DNA from: Utricularia gibba
Lineage: Eukaryota > Plantae > Magnoliophyta
Direction of reading: 5' to 3'
DNA length: 64,000 nucleotides
Assembly (NCBI GenBank): GCA_002189035.1
Contig: NEEC01000020.1
Coordinates: 372,001 to 436,000, forward strand
Part shown: positions 1 through 15,279 of the stretch, one piece after another
Layout of the letters: the number at the start of each line of letters is the position of its first letter
Numbering within the stretch: position 1 is the stretch's first letter
Translations under genes and position numbers: made by a program
The notes under the pieces: model-generated
Told to the model about the DNA's origin: nothing
Database searches by the model: none
The model's input: only the letters and a program-made list of their open reading frames with translations

Positions 1-70
1 CGATAGTTCCGAGTAGTGGTAGTCACCTGAGCTACCTGATCACGACGGCAGTTTCTCCGATCTTCTCCAT
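1..70 (-). CDS. Possible first coding exon of a gene running off the window edge (MEKIGETAVVIR...)
   Basis: Minus-strand ATG at 70 in a GC-rich context, followed by a possible CAG|GTAGCT donor. Divergent from EXO70. Too short to identify. Confidence 0.25.
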
Positions 71-449
71 GGAAGCCACAGGGGCTTCCTGGTTCCTGCT
101 GGCGGGGGAAACGTGGAGGTAGTTCGTGGAGCAGAGGGATGAGCGTTTTAGTAATTTTTTTATTTTAAAAGAAAATTAATTATTCTAAAATTAAATTTTC
201 GAAATGATTTATTCTTTTTTACCCCTTTACTTTTACGGTGTCTGCTTTTCTCCCCATTTCCCGTTGGAAACTTGAGGGTCACTACTACGAGAGCAAAACC
301 GCGTTTCCACTCAGTCGTCTCGTCGTCTTCAATTCGCGGACCATCCTCCCCGATCCTCATCTTCTTTAGCTTAGATCGAGTAGTTGAAACCGTTTCATCG
401 CTTTGCAGATCGGAATTCCGGTGAGGAAGCTTCTGATTATCCGCAAAAA

Positions 450-2318
450 ATGGCGGAAAACGGCGAGGAGAAGCTCATAGCTGTTGCTCGCCACATCGCC
501 AAGACGCTGGGACACAATGAAAACATGACGGATGATATCCTCAAGATTTACTCGAATTTCGACGGCAGACTACGGGAGAAGTTCTGCGATGAGTTAACCG
601 CTGACAGCGTGGAGCAAACACTCAGATCTCTTGACTATGAGATCTCGCTGTATATTTCCTCCGACCGGCCGATTTGGTCGAATTCCGCAAATTCTGCGTC
701 GTTTCTCAATTTAGTAGACCAGTTGACTACTGCCGTGGAGGAGTGGAGAAACGTTATTGGGGATAAGAGCGTGTCCGGATTCCTCGGGCGTGCGCAAGAA
801 TTGCTGAAGCAAGCCATGTCACGGTTGGAAGATGAGATGCGGACACTTGTCGAGCGTGGCGCCGAGTCCTATGTGTCGACTCAGTCGGGCTCAGTTTATC
901 CTCCGGTGGGCCTTTCCGATGACGAGGAAGACGATGTGTTTGGGGACGAGGAAGAAGATGATTTCATTCCGGTGGCGCAGCCCATAACGGATTATAATAT
1001 CATAATCGAGGCACTCCCCGCAGGGACAATCGGGGAACTCAACGAAATAGCCAAGCGGATGGCGGCTGCTGGGTATCAGAAAGAGTGTTCACACGCTTAC
1101 AGCACTGGAAGATGGGAGTTCCTGGGCGAGAGCTTCTACAGATTGGGCCTGCAGAAGCTCAGCGTCGATCATATACATGGAATGCAATGGGACCAGTTGT
1201 CAAATGAAATCGACAAATGGATAAAAGCCATAAACGTTGCAGTTAGGATTCTTTTTCCAAGCGAGAGGCGCTTGTGTGATCGTGTCTTTAAAGGGTTACC
1301 ATCAGTAGCTGAACATTCTTTCATGGAGGTTTGCAGGGACTTCATCGAACAACTTCTCCACTTTGCTGATGCGGTAGTTACTCGGAGCCGTGATCCAGAT
1401 AAGTTGTTCAAGATGCTTGACGTTTATGAAACTATGAGGGACTTGATACCTGAATTTGAACAAGTCTTCTCAGACAAATACTGCGTATCATTCACCAACC
1501 ATGCGATTAGCACCTGGAAAAAAGTTGGTGAAGCAGTGAAGGACATTTTTATGGAGCTGGAGAATTGCATCAGAAGAGATCCTGCAACCAAGATAATTGA
1601 AGGAGGTGGGCTGCATCCCATCACTCGGTATGTGACGAACTATCTCCGGGCAGCCTGCAAATTCCCACAGACATTGGAACAGATCTTCGATGAGAGTGCA
1701 GACTTCACAAACGGGATCAATCATATCATCTCCTCCCCAGATTCCGTAACCGTCCAACTGACATGGATCATGGAGCTCCTAGTGAGCAATCTGGAGGCAA
1801 AGTCGAAAGTCTACACGGATGCCGCGCTGTGTTCCATCTTCATGATCAACAACGGGAGGTACATCCTGAAAAAAGTGAAGGACGATGGGCTGGGAGCATT
1901 CCTTGGTGAGAAGTGGATCAGGGAACACGCGGCCAAAGTGAAACAATACCATGTCAACTATCAAAGAAGCTCTTGGACCAAAGTCTTGAATGTCCTAAAA
2001 GCTAACCACAGCTCATTATCACCAGATGAAGCATCCATGAGCTACAAGGAAAACCTGAAGACATTCAATGCCTGCTTCCAGGAGATATGCAAGACTCAGC
2101 TGTCTTGGGTGGTATGCGACGATCAGACGCGGGAGGAGTTGCGGAGATCCATCTCAGCGGCTGTATGCCCTGCTTATAGGAACTTCCTTTCAAGGTATCA
2201 GAGGGGTGTAGAAGGTGGGAGACATACAGCGGACAGGTGTATCAGGTATGGCGTGGCCCAGGTTGAGGATCACATCAGGGGGCTGTTCCAAGGAGGGAGA
2301 CCACTTCTGAGCAGGTAA
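450..2318 (+). CDS. EXO70B1: Exocyst subunit EXO70 family protein, clade B; intronless
   Basis: 644-aa ORF; true start is ATG 450 (MAENGEEKLIAVARHIAKTLG, typical EXO70B N-terminus). Exo70 motifs GGLHPITRYVTNYL, SIFMINNGRYI and HVNYQRSSWTKVL. Confidence 0.93.
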   Translation: MAENGEEKLIAVARHIAKTLGHNENMTDDILKIYSNFDGRLREKFCDELTADSVEQTLRSLDYEISLYISSDRPIWSNSANSASFLNLVDQLTTAVEEWRNVIGDKSVSGFLGRAQELLKQAMSRLEDEMRTLVERGAESYVSTQSGSVYPPVGLSDDEEDDVFGDEEEDDFIPVAQPITDYNIIIEALPAGTIGELNEIAKRMAAAGYQKECSHAYSTGRWEFLGESFYRLGLQKLSVDHIHGMQWDQLSNEIDKWIKAINVAVRILFPSERRLCDRVFKGLPSVAEHSFMEVCRDFIEQLLHFADAVVTRSRDPDKLFKMLDVYETMRDLIPEFEQVFSDKYCVSFTNHAISTWKKVGEAVKDIFMELENCIRRDPATKIIEGGGLHPITRYVTNYLRAACKFPQTLEQIFDESADFTNGINHIISSPDSVTVQLTWIMELLVSNLEAKSKVYTDAALCSIFMINNGRYILKKVKDDGLGAFLGEKWIREHAAKVKQYHVNYQRSSWTKVLNVLKANHSSLSPDEASMSYKENLKTFNACFQEICKTQLSWVVCDDQTREELRRSISAAVCPAYRNFLSRYQRGVEGGRHTADRCIRYGVAQVEDHIRGLFQGGRPLLSR

Positions 2319-3040
2319 CATTCAACCTCCTCCCTCAACTTGTGTTCTTGCTTCCCAAATGGTTTGCCGTGTGCTGTTAATTACTTAGTTAGTGTGTTGC
2401 TGCTGCTCCTGCTTCTACCTCTGCATAATAGACGAAACAATGAATAAACATGTGTGTGTTGTGTGTATTTCTTTGTGACTTGTGAGCCTCCCAACAACCT
2501 GGTCGATGATTACGAGTCACATTTAGGGGTGTAACTGATTTCTGTTGACAAGTTTTGAAAATAATTTTGTTTTAAACCTGAGTTCTCATTGGGTTGTAAT
2601 GTTTGAAATTTGGGAGAATTTTGGATTTCGTGTTGAGTTCAATAATCAAAATTGTAGAATCATAGAAAGCATTTGCAAAAAAAATTATTCTAATAAAATA
2701 TCTAAATGTTACGTTAATTGATTTAAACATTCAGAAAAAACCTCAAATTTTAACTAAATCATTCGTGTTTTGAGATGAATCCAAATTGTGTTTAAAATCC
2801 GAAATTTCAGTGAAATTTGAAACCGGTGCGGTTCTTTCCCTGGTTCGCAAGAGTTGGTATCCAAACTGCAGGGGAAAAAGGGTCTTTGGATTGGTTCCGA
2901 CGCTGGAGCCCCGGTTCAGTTTCTAAAAAGCAGACATGAAAAAACCGGTGATCAGTGAAAACCCGGTTCGAGTAACCACAGGGCGATACAGGTAGCGGTT
3001 CAACGGAAAAGCACAAGCCGCAGGGCGACAAAGGAGTTGT

Positions 3041-4732
3041 TCATTTTTTGGCGTAGGTGATGGCCATGGGGTTCTGCGCAGTGATCTTGAACCCCTGAAG
3101 GTCCTGCATCGCCACTGAGGACTGCGCATCATCTTCAAATTCGACAAACGCGATGCCCGGCTTCGCCTCCACCATCCGAACTTCTCTGAATCCGGGGTAC
3201 TGCTTGAAAAGCAGCTCAAGCATCATGCTGTTGGTCTCGTACGGCAGGTTCTGAATGAAGAGTATGTTGTTCGGCTCTGCGGCCTGTGCGCTCGGCCTTC
3301 CCTGTTGACTCGGTGCCTGCGAAACCAAAGAAACCGACCGCAGTCATAACCAGGCAGGTTTAAGGGTTAGAGCAGGAGGGGAATGGTGGAGGTGCTTACA
3401 AAATGTGATCCATTTGTATCAGTTCTGTGGGTGTTCACTGCGGCCGGCTGCGGGGTTTCATCTACCCGTTTCTTGCGTTCCGCTGAATAAACGAGAACAA
3501 TGAGTTATAGCATGGAGCAAGGGACGAGTTGGATAACTATTGAAACCACTTGCTAAAACAAGCACAGAGGATCAATAGCAGATTTCGGGCACAGTTCGTA
3601 TGCACGAGTAACTGACAATGCTCACAATCGAGGAACAAAAGCCATGGGCAAGCAAAACTAGAGCAATTTCGAAACTCTGACTAGCATCATTTCAGAAGAA
3701 AACTAGAAACGAACGAAGGCAGAGGAAACTTTTACCCTTGTCTTCCAGCTTCTTTTTCTTATCATAGGTGCCCTCTGCTTTAGCAATACAATCTGATTTT
3801 GTCTTCGCATACTGTATCCTCTGCATCAAATTAGAAAATCGATTAGTAACAATGGGGTGTTCAAAGTGTGTTAAGAGTCAAGGAGAAAACTCGATACCCA
3901 TCGACGACAATGCCTCAACAATCAAAAATAACTGCAAACAACAAGAGGAAGCGAAAAACACATACAAAATCAAGAGTAAAAGAAAGAACAACATTTTCTC
4001 TCAAATTTCCTAACTCCATGTTTTCAACCTAAAAAGGATATCAATAGACAACACCTCAACAATAAAAACTAGCTACTACCAACAGATGGAAGCGAAGAAC
4101 ACACACAATATTAAGACTAAATGAATGAAGAACAACTACTGCTTTCAAATTCCCTAAATCCATGTTTTCAAACCTAAAACGAGAACAGGATTGATGAAAC
4201 CCATTTATTCATCCGAGTAGATGGGTGAATGAAGCTCATGAGACAGGGTATGAGAAATAAGCATCATCTGTATCAGACTGGAGGATCTGAACTCACCATA
4301 GGCTTTTCATAGAAAGGGAAGTTCTGCATCTGACGAACCGCATTGCTTGCCGCCGGGACATCGCTGAACACAATCCATGCCTGTCCACGAAGCTTAGGTG
4401 TTTTAAGTGCGACAATGTCAACGATTCTCCCAAACTGCGAGAACAATGCATAAAGAGACGTCTTCAACTCTGTACAGAGTACGGAAACCAAAAAAAATGG
4501 CGCGCGTCAGAGTTCAAATCCAAATGACAAGCAGATTCTGGTCATGAGAGTAGAGTAAGCAATTTCACTTTCGAGTAACTCTAGATCGACGAAAATCAAA
4601 CATGCGTGGAGCGAAATCCTGCCCTAATGCGTAAAAGAGAAGCAGAAAAATACGCAAACCTTCCTTCTTCAGCTTCTCATTTAGATTCTTGATGTATATC
4701 GTCTGGTTAGGCGGTATGTCGGTGGTTAGCAT
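3041..4732 (-). CDS. U2B'': U2 snRNP B'' (U1A/U2B'' family, two RRMs); spliced
   Basis: Exons read [24 protein letters not shown] / [32 protein letters not shown]...[10 protein letters not shown] / [17 protein letters not shown] / ...[11 protein letters not shown]...[18 protein letters not shown] and the MLTxDIPPNQ start fit U2B'' better than U1A. GT-AG introns. Confidence 0.9.
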
Positions 4733-5417
4733 CTTCTCCGACGTGGACCACCACAATTCGGATGCCTCCGGCAACGAACCGTGCCCTAAATCTCAAGAAA
4801 GAATCGCACGGAGGGAGAAGTGACAATCCAGCGACGACGTTTCGGCGGGGGATCAAATGAAATGGGCTAAAATAACATTCGACTTTACCGGCCCATTTCA
4901 CTATTGGGCCGACAAAAAACTGGATATAAATAATGAATAGAATGTTTTCATTTTAAAAATAATATTTGTTTTAATCAAATACTACTTTAATATTTTAACC
5001 TTTAACAGTATTAAATTTATTCGTTTCTAGAAAATAATTATAATAAAAAAATTGAGCCTATGCATATTTTTAAAAATAATAAATACTCCTAATTTTTTTA
5101 TTTTAAATAAAAATCATTTATATTTACAAAAAAAACAAAAAAATATTGATTTCGAATAGATTCTAACTATCAAATAATACCAAGTAGTTTTGATTTTATG
5201 GGTTGGTTTACGGGTTTTGGTTTTCCGAATCGGGTCGGATAATCGGATCATCCACATTCTGCACTGCATTCTTCCAAGTGGAGAAGATGAAGAAGAAGAA
5301 AGCACCATAGATAGATAGATAGATACAAAGAGGCAGAGGAAGGGCGAGGCAACGAGGTGATGCCTCCGCAACTCCCTTATTATTCACACACATGGCCTTG
5401 GCAGCTCCGTTTCATGT

Positions 5418-7440
<2,023 letters not shown>

Positions 7441-8792
7441 GTTCGGAGAGACCAAGAGGCGCTGGAAACACTGCTGCTGGGTTGGCACTTGGCAATGGTA
7501 TCGTGATATCAATAGGCACATACCATCATCTTAATTAAGAATAACCGCCAAGGGCAAAAGCGTAAAAGGAGGATCACATTGAGGAAGCCAAATTGGTATT
7601 GGATACTTGCTGTAAAACCTAAAAACGGAAAAAAGATGCGGCTTCCTAAATCCAAAACCACCCCCCGCTCCCGTAACCGTTTTCTCAATTTGGTCATGAG
7701 CTGTTCTCGCTTTCGAAAACCGTTTCAAGTAAAAAAAGCATTTGAAATATAATATCTCATGCTACTAGAAAATACTTTTAAAATAATGTTATTAACTATG
7801 AACGATTATTAATTTGGGAATGGTGTCTTTTCTAAGCATGGTAACAGCTACAATGTCCAGTAAGCCATTTACAAATTTGGTCATTATCATCTTATATTTG
7901 AAATAAAGATTTATCTTTTTTTATATGATATTATACGTTTCAAATATTAAATTTTCAAGATTTTATATTTTCGAATTTTATGAAAAAAACTCGTGCAAAA
8001 TTAGAAAAGATATTTACATATAAATTAATAATATATTTCATTTGAATCAGATAATATCATATAAGTAGACAGTGATACAATAGACTAAATAAGGTGTTAT
8101 GATACAAGAACAATTGCAAGCTACGCATGAAATGGGTGAACGTAAGAAAACAATCTTTGGAATTCTAATCTGAACACTTTTTTAATAAGAAACTATAGAT
8201 TCTTAATAAAATATTGAAATGCGGTTTAGGAAGTAAACTGCAAAAATTACCACAATAATCTAAACTCTTAGTATGCTTTTATTATTATTTTATTTATTTT
8301 AATGCATGTGCTTTATTATTCCAATAAACATTAAATGTTATTTTTTAAAAAATAGTATTTTAAAATTATAACATTTGAAGAAAGATTCAACTCATTTTGC
8401 AATAACTTTTAGTTTTTAAAAATATTGAATTCAATTAAAACGCATGAATAAACTAAAAAATGAATACAAACTAATTGTAAAACATGGGAAATAATTACAT
8501 ACTTATCAAATAAAATAAATTATGAATATATTGATTAGGGTGGGTGGTACGGGTCCAGGCAACAAAACGGCACACCAGAGCACAAGCCCCACAGGATTCT
8601 GATGTTCCCCGCACAGGGGATCACGATAAGAAACCTTATCCTCAGCATCCACTGAATCAGTTCACGTGTCAACCTTTACCACCTACTGCTACTACTTCCC
8701 CGGGATCCACTCTGAGGCTGCTGCCAGAGGAGGAGGGAGAGGTTTCATTGATTCGGAACAAATAAAAAGGACATATTTCAAGAGTGATACCT

Positions 8793-11022
8793 TCAGTAGG
8801 CATCGAATTCGTCGTCGTCGTCGTCATCATCATAGTCGTCGAAGTAATCTCCGTAGTCTAGGGAAGCATCATCTGGGTAACCGGGATCATCAGGCATGGA
8901 GTCGGTTTCTTGATCATGGTCCTGATCAACACGTGACGAACTTTCACTATCATCTTCCGGGTCCTCTTCATCTCTGGAAGTTAGGGCATCGCTATCCTCC
9001 TCATCGGATGTTTCTTCATCAGGATAATCATTCCGAGGGTGGTTTTCAACTGAAATATAGAACATGAATGTCACTACGTGATGGGACAAGAGGGTAGTGG
9101 TCACAAAATGGGACTTGGCTTCCTTGCACTTCTTATAAGCTGTGAGGAAAGGAATGCAATATATCCGGGGAAAGAAAACAAACTTCGACAATAATGTGAG
9201 AGAGCAATACAAGGTCAGTCAGTGTGTGTACATACCATTAGAATCCCCACTATCGTATTCGGAGACGGAATCGCCATCATACAAGTCATCATCTTCAGCA
9301 ACTTGAACCCTGTACAGGTACACAAGTCACGAACAAAGGTTTCTCGTGAACAAATTGAAAGGAGGTTCAACAGTTAAAGTCTTATGAAATATACAAAGGG
9401 AATGGGCCTTCAGAATCTTCTACGGTGTACTCTGCATCCTTCGTCACAGCATAGAAGTCATAGACATATTCATCCTCTGAAATAATAATGAAACATGAGA
9501 AAAGCTCAAGGCATTAGACTATCGAAAATGTCATCACTGAGGTGAAGGTTAAGCTGCAACTGCTAATTGGAACAGGAGAGAGAGGAATTGTATAACTATG
9601 GACCCGTATGATCATCACCTTATCATCGTGATGAAAATGTAAGCGAAAAAATAGAAAACGAGATGCGCGGATGTTCATCTAAAGAGCAACAGAGAAAATA
9701 ATGGCAGAAGAACTACAGAAAACAAGCTGATTCATCTTTCAACTGGGGATATAACAATAAGCAAAAAAAAAAAAGAAAAAGGGGGCGGCAATCTCAGGTC
9801 CTGAATGAAAAAGTACCGCGTTCAATCTCAGAAGCAGCAGCTGGGTAAACTTCTCGGAGAAGGGGCAAGTATGCAGCCAACATCTTGGAATCTTCTAGAC
9901 TCATGTGGCTGGAAAACAGATCAAACTGTCAAATATGCTAAAACTAAATATGAACTTGAAATATTATATCACAGCTTATGAGAGGCAATACTTGTCTCTG
10001 TCGACTTTGGCCTCAATACCCTCATCATCAACCCGAACAATATCATAGAACTGACACATATCATTAATAGCTTCCGCTTCTGATCCTTCATTTTTAGTTC
10101 TTCGGCTCTTCCATATTTGGTCAAAACGAGCATTTCTTGCGAGCGCCTGATTGAAAGAACTTGCAATCAGGGGGTAATTAGATAGAAGTATCTACACACT
10201 AGTGCGATCTAAAGCAAACCATACCTCCTGGCTTTGTTTTGCTTTGGCCAATAACTGATCCGGTATCTGTAGACATACAACAAATTTAGCCAGCTATAAG
10301 GCTCTTAAACCTTGAAAGATGATGAAGTTGAACACAGGCATTTCGAGATAAGCAGTGTCACTTGCTTAACAGAAATATAAAAACCAGTTCAATATACAAC
10401 AAATGTATATGAAAAATGCTGAAATCGGTGGGAAAAAATCAAGTATGAAATGAACTTACACTTGAAGACATAATACTTCGCCTCCCTTTTGATCCATCTT
10501 TCGAATATCTCTCATCTGATGGCTTTTCCTATTCAAAAAGAAAAAAAGAAACAAAAAACAAAAAAAAATAAATCAAAACGTTCTAAAGCAATCACATTCT
10601 GAATAATCGTCTAAGAACATTCTCACCAAAAATGACTGAAGAACATGAAATGTTTCCTCGGTGTTATTTATTGTCTCCACACGCTCAACGAGAACCTTCT
10701 TGGACTTCAATTCTTCGACAAGTAATTGAACTAATCAAGACCTGAAGCCTTCGAAAACCCGGACACGACTAAACCAAACCGTAAGAAAAATACCTGTAAT
10801 TGAAGAAGCTTCGGATATGGATAGTCTCGCAAAGTCGAGTAACGGCCGCTTCAGCGGCCTCTCCTGAATCTCAATCCCTGTACAACGGAGTCAAATCAAT
10901 CATGATCCCTAGACATTCAAGAGGGAAAACGCATGAATAGCGAAGCACTCACACAAAGCATCCACTGCGCTCTGGAATGATTTCCGTTTAACCCTAACGA
11001 TCACGGGCTTGACGTTGTCCAT
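8793..11022 (-). CDS. RDM4: RNA-DIRECTED DNA METHYLATION 4 / IWR1-like RNA polymerase II/IV/V-associated factor; spliced
   Basis: Start MDNVKPVIVRVKRK; then WIEIQERPLKRPLLDF, YVYDFYAV and the IWR1 signature DSN|xENHPRNDYPDEE, followed by an acidic tail ending DEFDAY*. Confidence 0.88.
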
Positions 11023-11159
11023 CGGGAAGAATACGATTCCGGCTCCGAAGTTGTCGGTTAGGGCACAAAGTCGGCGTTTGGGAGAACTCTTTTTGGCGCC
11101 GGTGAAATTGGTAACAAAATTCGTGCCAGAATATTTCCATGCAATCGATTCAAACCCTT

Positions 11160-11240
11160 TGTAGTGTATATATAGTGGCGCGGCTCGACAGCAGATATGG
11201 GCTGAAAGCCCAAATCAAGTTCACCAAGCCCATGCCCAAT
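11160..11240 (-). promoter_or_regulatory. RDM4 core promoter: TATA-like TATATATA plus three site II (TGGGCY) elements
   Basis: TATATATA at 11166-11173, TGGGCT 11198-11203, AGCCCA 11207-11212 and 11227-11232. Confidence 0.5.
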
Positions 11241-11302
11241 AAACACACCGCCTGTTCGTACGTATGTACAATTACCTATGAGACTGGAGGATACAGCACC
11301 CG

Positions 11303-12604
11303 CTAGGCAACCGGCTGTTCCGGTTGCGGGACGAGGATGGGTTTAATTTTCCGGCTCCAGATGTCAGAAAAAAGTTGAGCGTCACCGACAACTTGTTTGA
11401 CCTCGACGAGGACGACGCCCTCCGCTAGCCGGTACACATCAACGGCAAAAGCGAAAGTACCGTTTTTGCCCTCAATCACAACGCCGCTTTCCTTCATCTT
11501 CTTCAGCCGAACCGCCTCTTTCTCCGCCGTGACAGCCGCCGCCACTTTGTCGATGACCTTTTGCTGCGACTCCTTCGTCGTGAGGCGGTGGATGTTATCT
11601 GAATCAGCATTGTTTTCATCGTCGAATAACGCGGAGAGATCCAAACCCCGCGAGAGCGAGATTATGTCGAAAGCGTTTAACTCCTTCAGTTTCTTCCCTT
11701 CATCCGCCGGTGTGGGCGTTTCCACGTTGGATCGGAGCTGCTCCTCCTTGTACCCTTTTCTGAACCAGGGGTCACGCTTGATTTCTTCGACGGTGATTCT
11801 CGATTCCGGGTCCGTTTCCAGTAGGCGGTGGAGTAACCGCTTCAATTCCAATGACATCCACTTGGGGCACCGGAAAGCGCCCCTGTAGATCTTCTTATAC
11901 ATATTCATCAAATTGCAATCGTTGAAAGGCAGATACCCTGCAATGAGCACAAACAATACGATTCCGCAAGACCAAATATCGATCTTCGCGCCGTCGTAGC
12001 CTTTCTTCACGAGAATCTCCGGCGCGACGTATGCCGGCGTGCCGCACAGAGTATGCAACAATCCGTCCTCCCGTACCTGGTTTTTCAAAGCACTCAGCCC
12101 AAAATCGGAAACCTTCAAATCCTCATTTTCATCAAGCAACAGATTCTCCGGCTTCAAATCGCGGTGGTAAACGCCGCGTGAGTGACAATAACTCACCGCG
12201 GAAATCAACTGCTGAAAGTACCTCCGCCCTAATTCCTCACTCAACCGCCCCTTAGCCACCTTTGAGAACAACTCCCCGCCCTTCACAAACTCCAGAACGA
12301 AGTAAATCTTGCTCTTCGTCGCCAAAACCTCGAACAATCGGACAGTGTTACGGTGGCGCAGCCGGCTCATGATCGAGATCTCGCGCTTGATGTTCATCGC
12401 CAGCATCGAATTACCTCCTAATTTGGCCTTGCTAATCACCTTAATCGCGACGCTCTGCCCCGTCCGAATGTTCCTCGCGTGGTACACCTTCGCGAACGCG
12501 CCGCAGCCGAGAAGCTTTCCGAACTCGTATTTGTTGAAGAGGCGGTTTCCTCGCTCCGCCGCCTCTTCCTCAGCCTCATAAACGCCGATCTCCGGCTCCT
12601 GCAT
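11303..12604 (-). CDS. CIPK: CBL-interacting protein kinase (SnRK3), intronless clade (CIPK11/14-like)
   Basis: Kinase motifs GCGAFAKV, HRDLKPEN, DFG and CGTPAYVAPE; NAF motif ELNAFDIIS. Likely ATG at 12604. Confidence 0.93.
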   Translation of the reverse strand: MQEPEIGVYEAEEEAAERGNRLFNKYEFGKLLGCGAFAKVYHARNIRTGQSVAIKVISKAKLGGNSMLAMNIKREISIMSRLRHRNTVRLFEVLATKSKIYFVLEFVKGGELFSKVAKGRLSEELGRRYFQQLISAVSYCHSRGVYHRDLKPENLLLDENEDLKVSDFGLSALKNQVREDGLLHTLCGTPAYVAPEILVKKGYDGAKIDIWSCGIVLFVLIAGYLPFNDCNLMNMYKKIYRGAFRCPKWMSLELKRLLHRLLETDPESRITVEEIKRDPWFRKGYKEEQLRSNVETPTPADEGKKLKELNAFDIISLSRGLDLSALFDDENNADSDNIHRLTTKESQQKVIDKVAAAVTAEKEAVRLKKMKESGVVIEGKNGTFAFAVDVYRLAEGVVLVEVKQVVGDAQLFSDIWSRKIKPILVPQPEQPVA

Positions 12605-12712
12605 TGCTGCAGAATCGAGATCTAGGGATCGCACAGTGATTATCAAATGTGAGACCAGAGAAGATTAGGAGAAGGCTTTCCGCCTTCTGGAGACGAAATA
12701 GAGTTGCGGGAG

Positions 12713-12775
12713 CTTATAAAAGAAGACGAGTCACAGTCAACCACTCAGCGTTTAACACGTGTTTGCACGCGTACG
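12713..12775 (-). promoter_or_regulatory. CIPK promoter: TATA, ABRE/G-box (ACACGTGT) and CE3-like CACGCGT
   Basis: Minus-strand TATAA near 12713-12720, ACACGTGT at 12755-12762 and CACGCGT at 12766-12772. Confidence 0.4.
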
Positions 12776-14225
12776 CCTCACGTACACTGTTAAATGTTTC
12801 AAAATTTCATATTTTCTATTTTATTTAAAATCGAATTTTAGGACAAATTTAGAATAAAATGACCAAATTTCAGAAAAATCTATATATTCTCAAGTGTTAC
12901 TTCTATCACTGTCTTTGATTCTCCGGTTATGCTATTATGTGATTATTTTATTATAATTATCAAGTTTCATGTATTTGAAAAAAAAAAGATCAAACGATTA
13001 AATTAATGATACAAAAAAATAATAAAATTTCCATCAAAAATATGTAGGATTCAAAGGAAAATTACATGAATTCAAGATAATTTGCTCGTCCATAACTTGA
13101 GACTGATTTCCTTTCTCAAAAAATCGATCCTTATATTCTTTTTCGTATGATCATCGTATATATGTTCTAAAGTTACGAGATTAGACATAATTTTTCTTAC
13201 TTTGTAACAATCATCGTCGTTATATGTGGGAAAATTTCAAAATTGATATATTTTAAACTTTTTTATTAAAAAAAAAAAGTTTTCCTTTTTTCGAATTTAA
13301 AATATTGCGCGCTTCGTAAAGCGTCACACAAATTATTAACGGGATGCACCAAAAGCGTCAGTGTCAGCTTACACCCTCCCAATATCACTACCTGACAGGT
13401 GTATCGCCATTATTGGCGGACACGTGGGCCCCCGGCGTCGAGTGCCACTCATAAATAAGAGGCTTATTTTTTATGAATAAATTAATAATTTCAAATGTGT
13501 ACCAGATTTCACTCCATACTCCATTTCATATGCACCACATACGTTTATTTTTTTAATAAAAATACTCAATTTTAAATGCGGATTAACCCCCCCCCCCCCT
13601 TCCCCTAATTTCCTCCATTATTTGCATTTTTCCTCCTATATTTAATTTTAAATTCTTTTTTTAAAATACAAGTGTATTTAATTATTATATACAATTTCAA
13701 TAGAAATTAAATATTATGTTTCTTTAAAGAAAATTTTTAGAAATGATTTTGATAAAATATAACACCAAGTTTTTACAATTTCTAAAAAATAACAAAGGAT
13801 AATAATTGAACATAGAGGGATAAATATGTGATTGCTACCATTTATTTTACACATTGAGACAAAAAATTTAGATATAGGATCAATTTTCTAATTAATGAGA
13901 TAAATATATCCGCAATCATGCATCCATTTGACTCTCAAATTGCTTCTGTCCCTACAATAATTGGAATATGGATGGGCAACTACATTTCCTTGGACCAATA
14001 TGCCCCTTCGTAGGATAACCCTACCCACCATCCATGTGGGGTGGGGAACTTCCTGCTAAATTTAATTGTGCAGTTGGGTGTTTGTGTCATACACTCCTTT
14101 TGGGGGGGCCTCTTCAAAGTTGTTTTAATGGTGAGTTTGGTTCAATTCAAACATCCAAACGGTTAAAAGCAGTACAAAGATCATGATAAACCATCTTACT
14201 GGAAGAGGGCAGCAGTGGCTGAGCT

Positions 14226-15279
<1,054 letters not shown>

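Noticed and set aside
384-449. N-terminal extension of EXO70 from the TTG at 384 (and similar alternative-start extensions on CIPK and the helicase)
   Set aside because: Family-typical N-termini begin at downstream ATGs (450, 12604, 18779). The extensions come from the ORF finder's non-ATG starts.
4033-4041. U12-type donor-like ATATCCTTT on the minus strand
   Set aside because: It lies in the middle of a U2B'' intron that has normal GT-AG boundaries, not at an exon edge.
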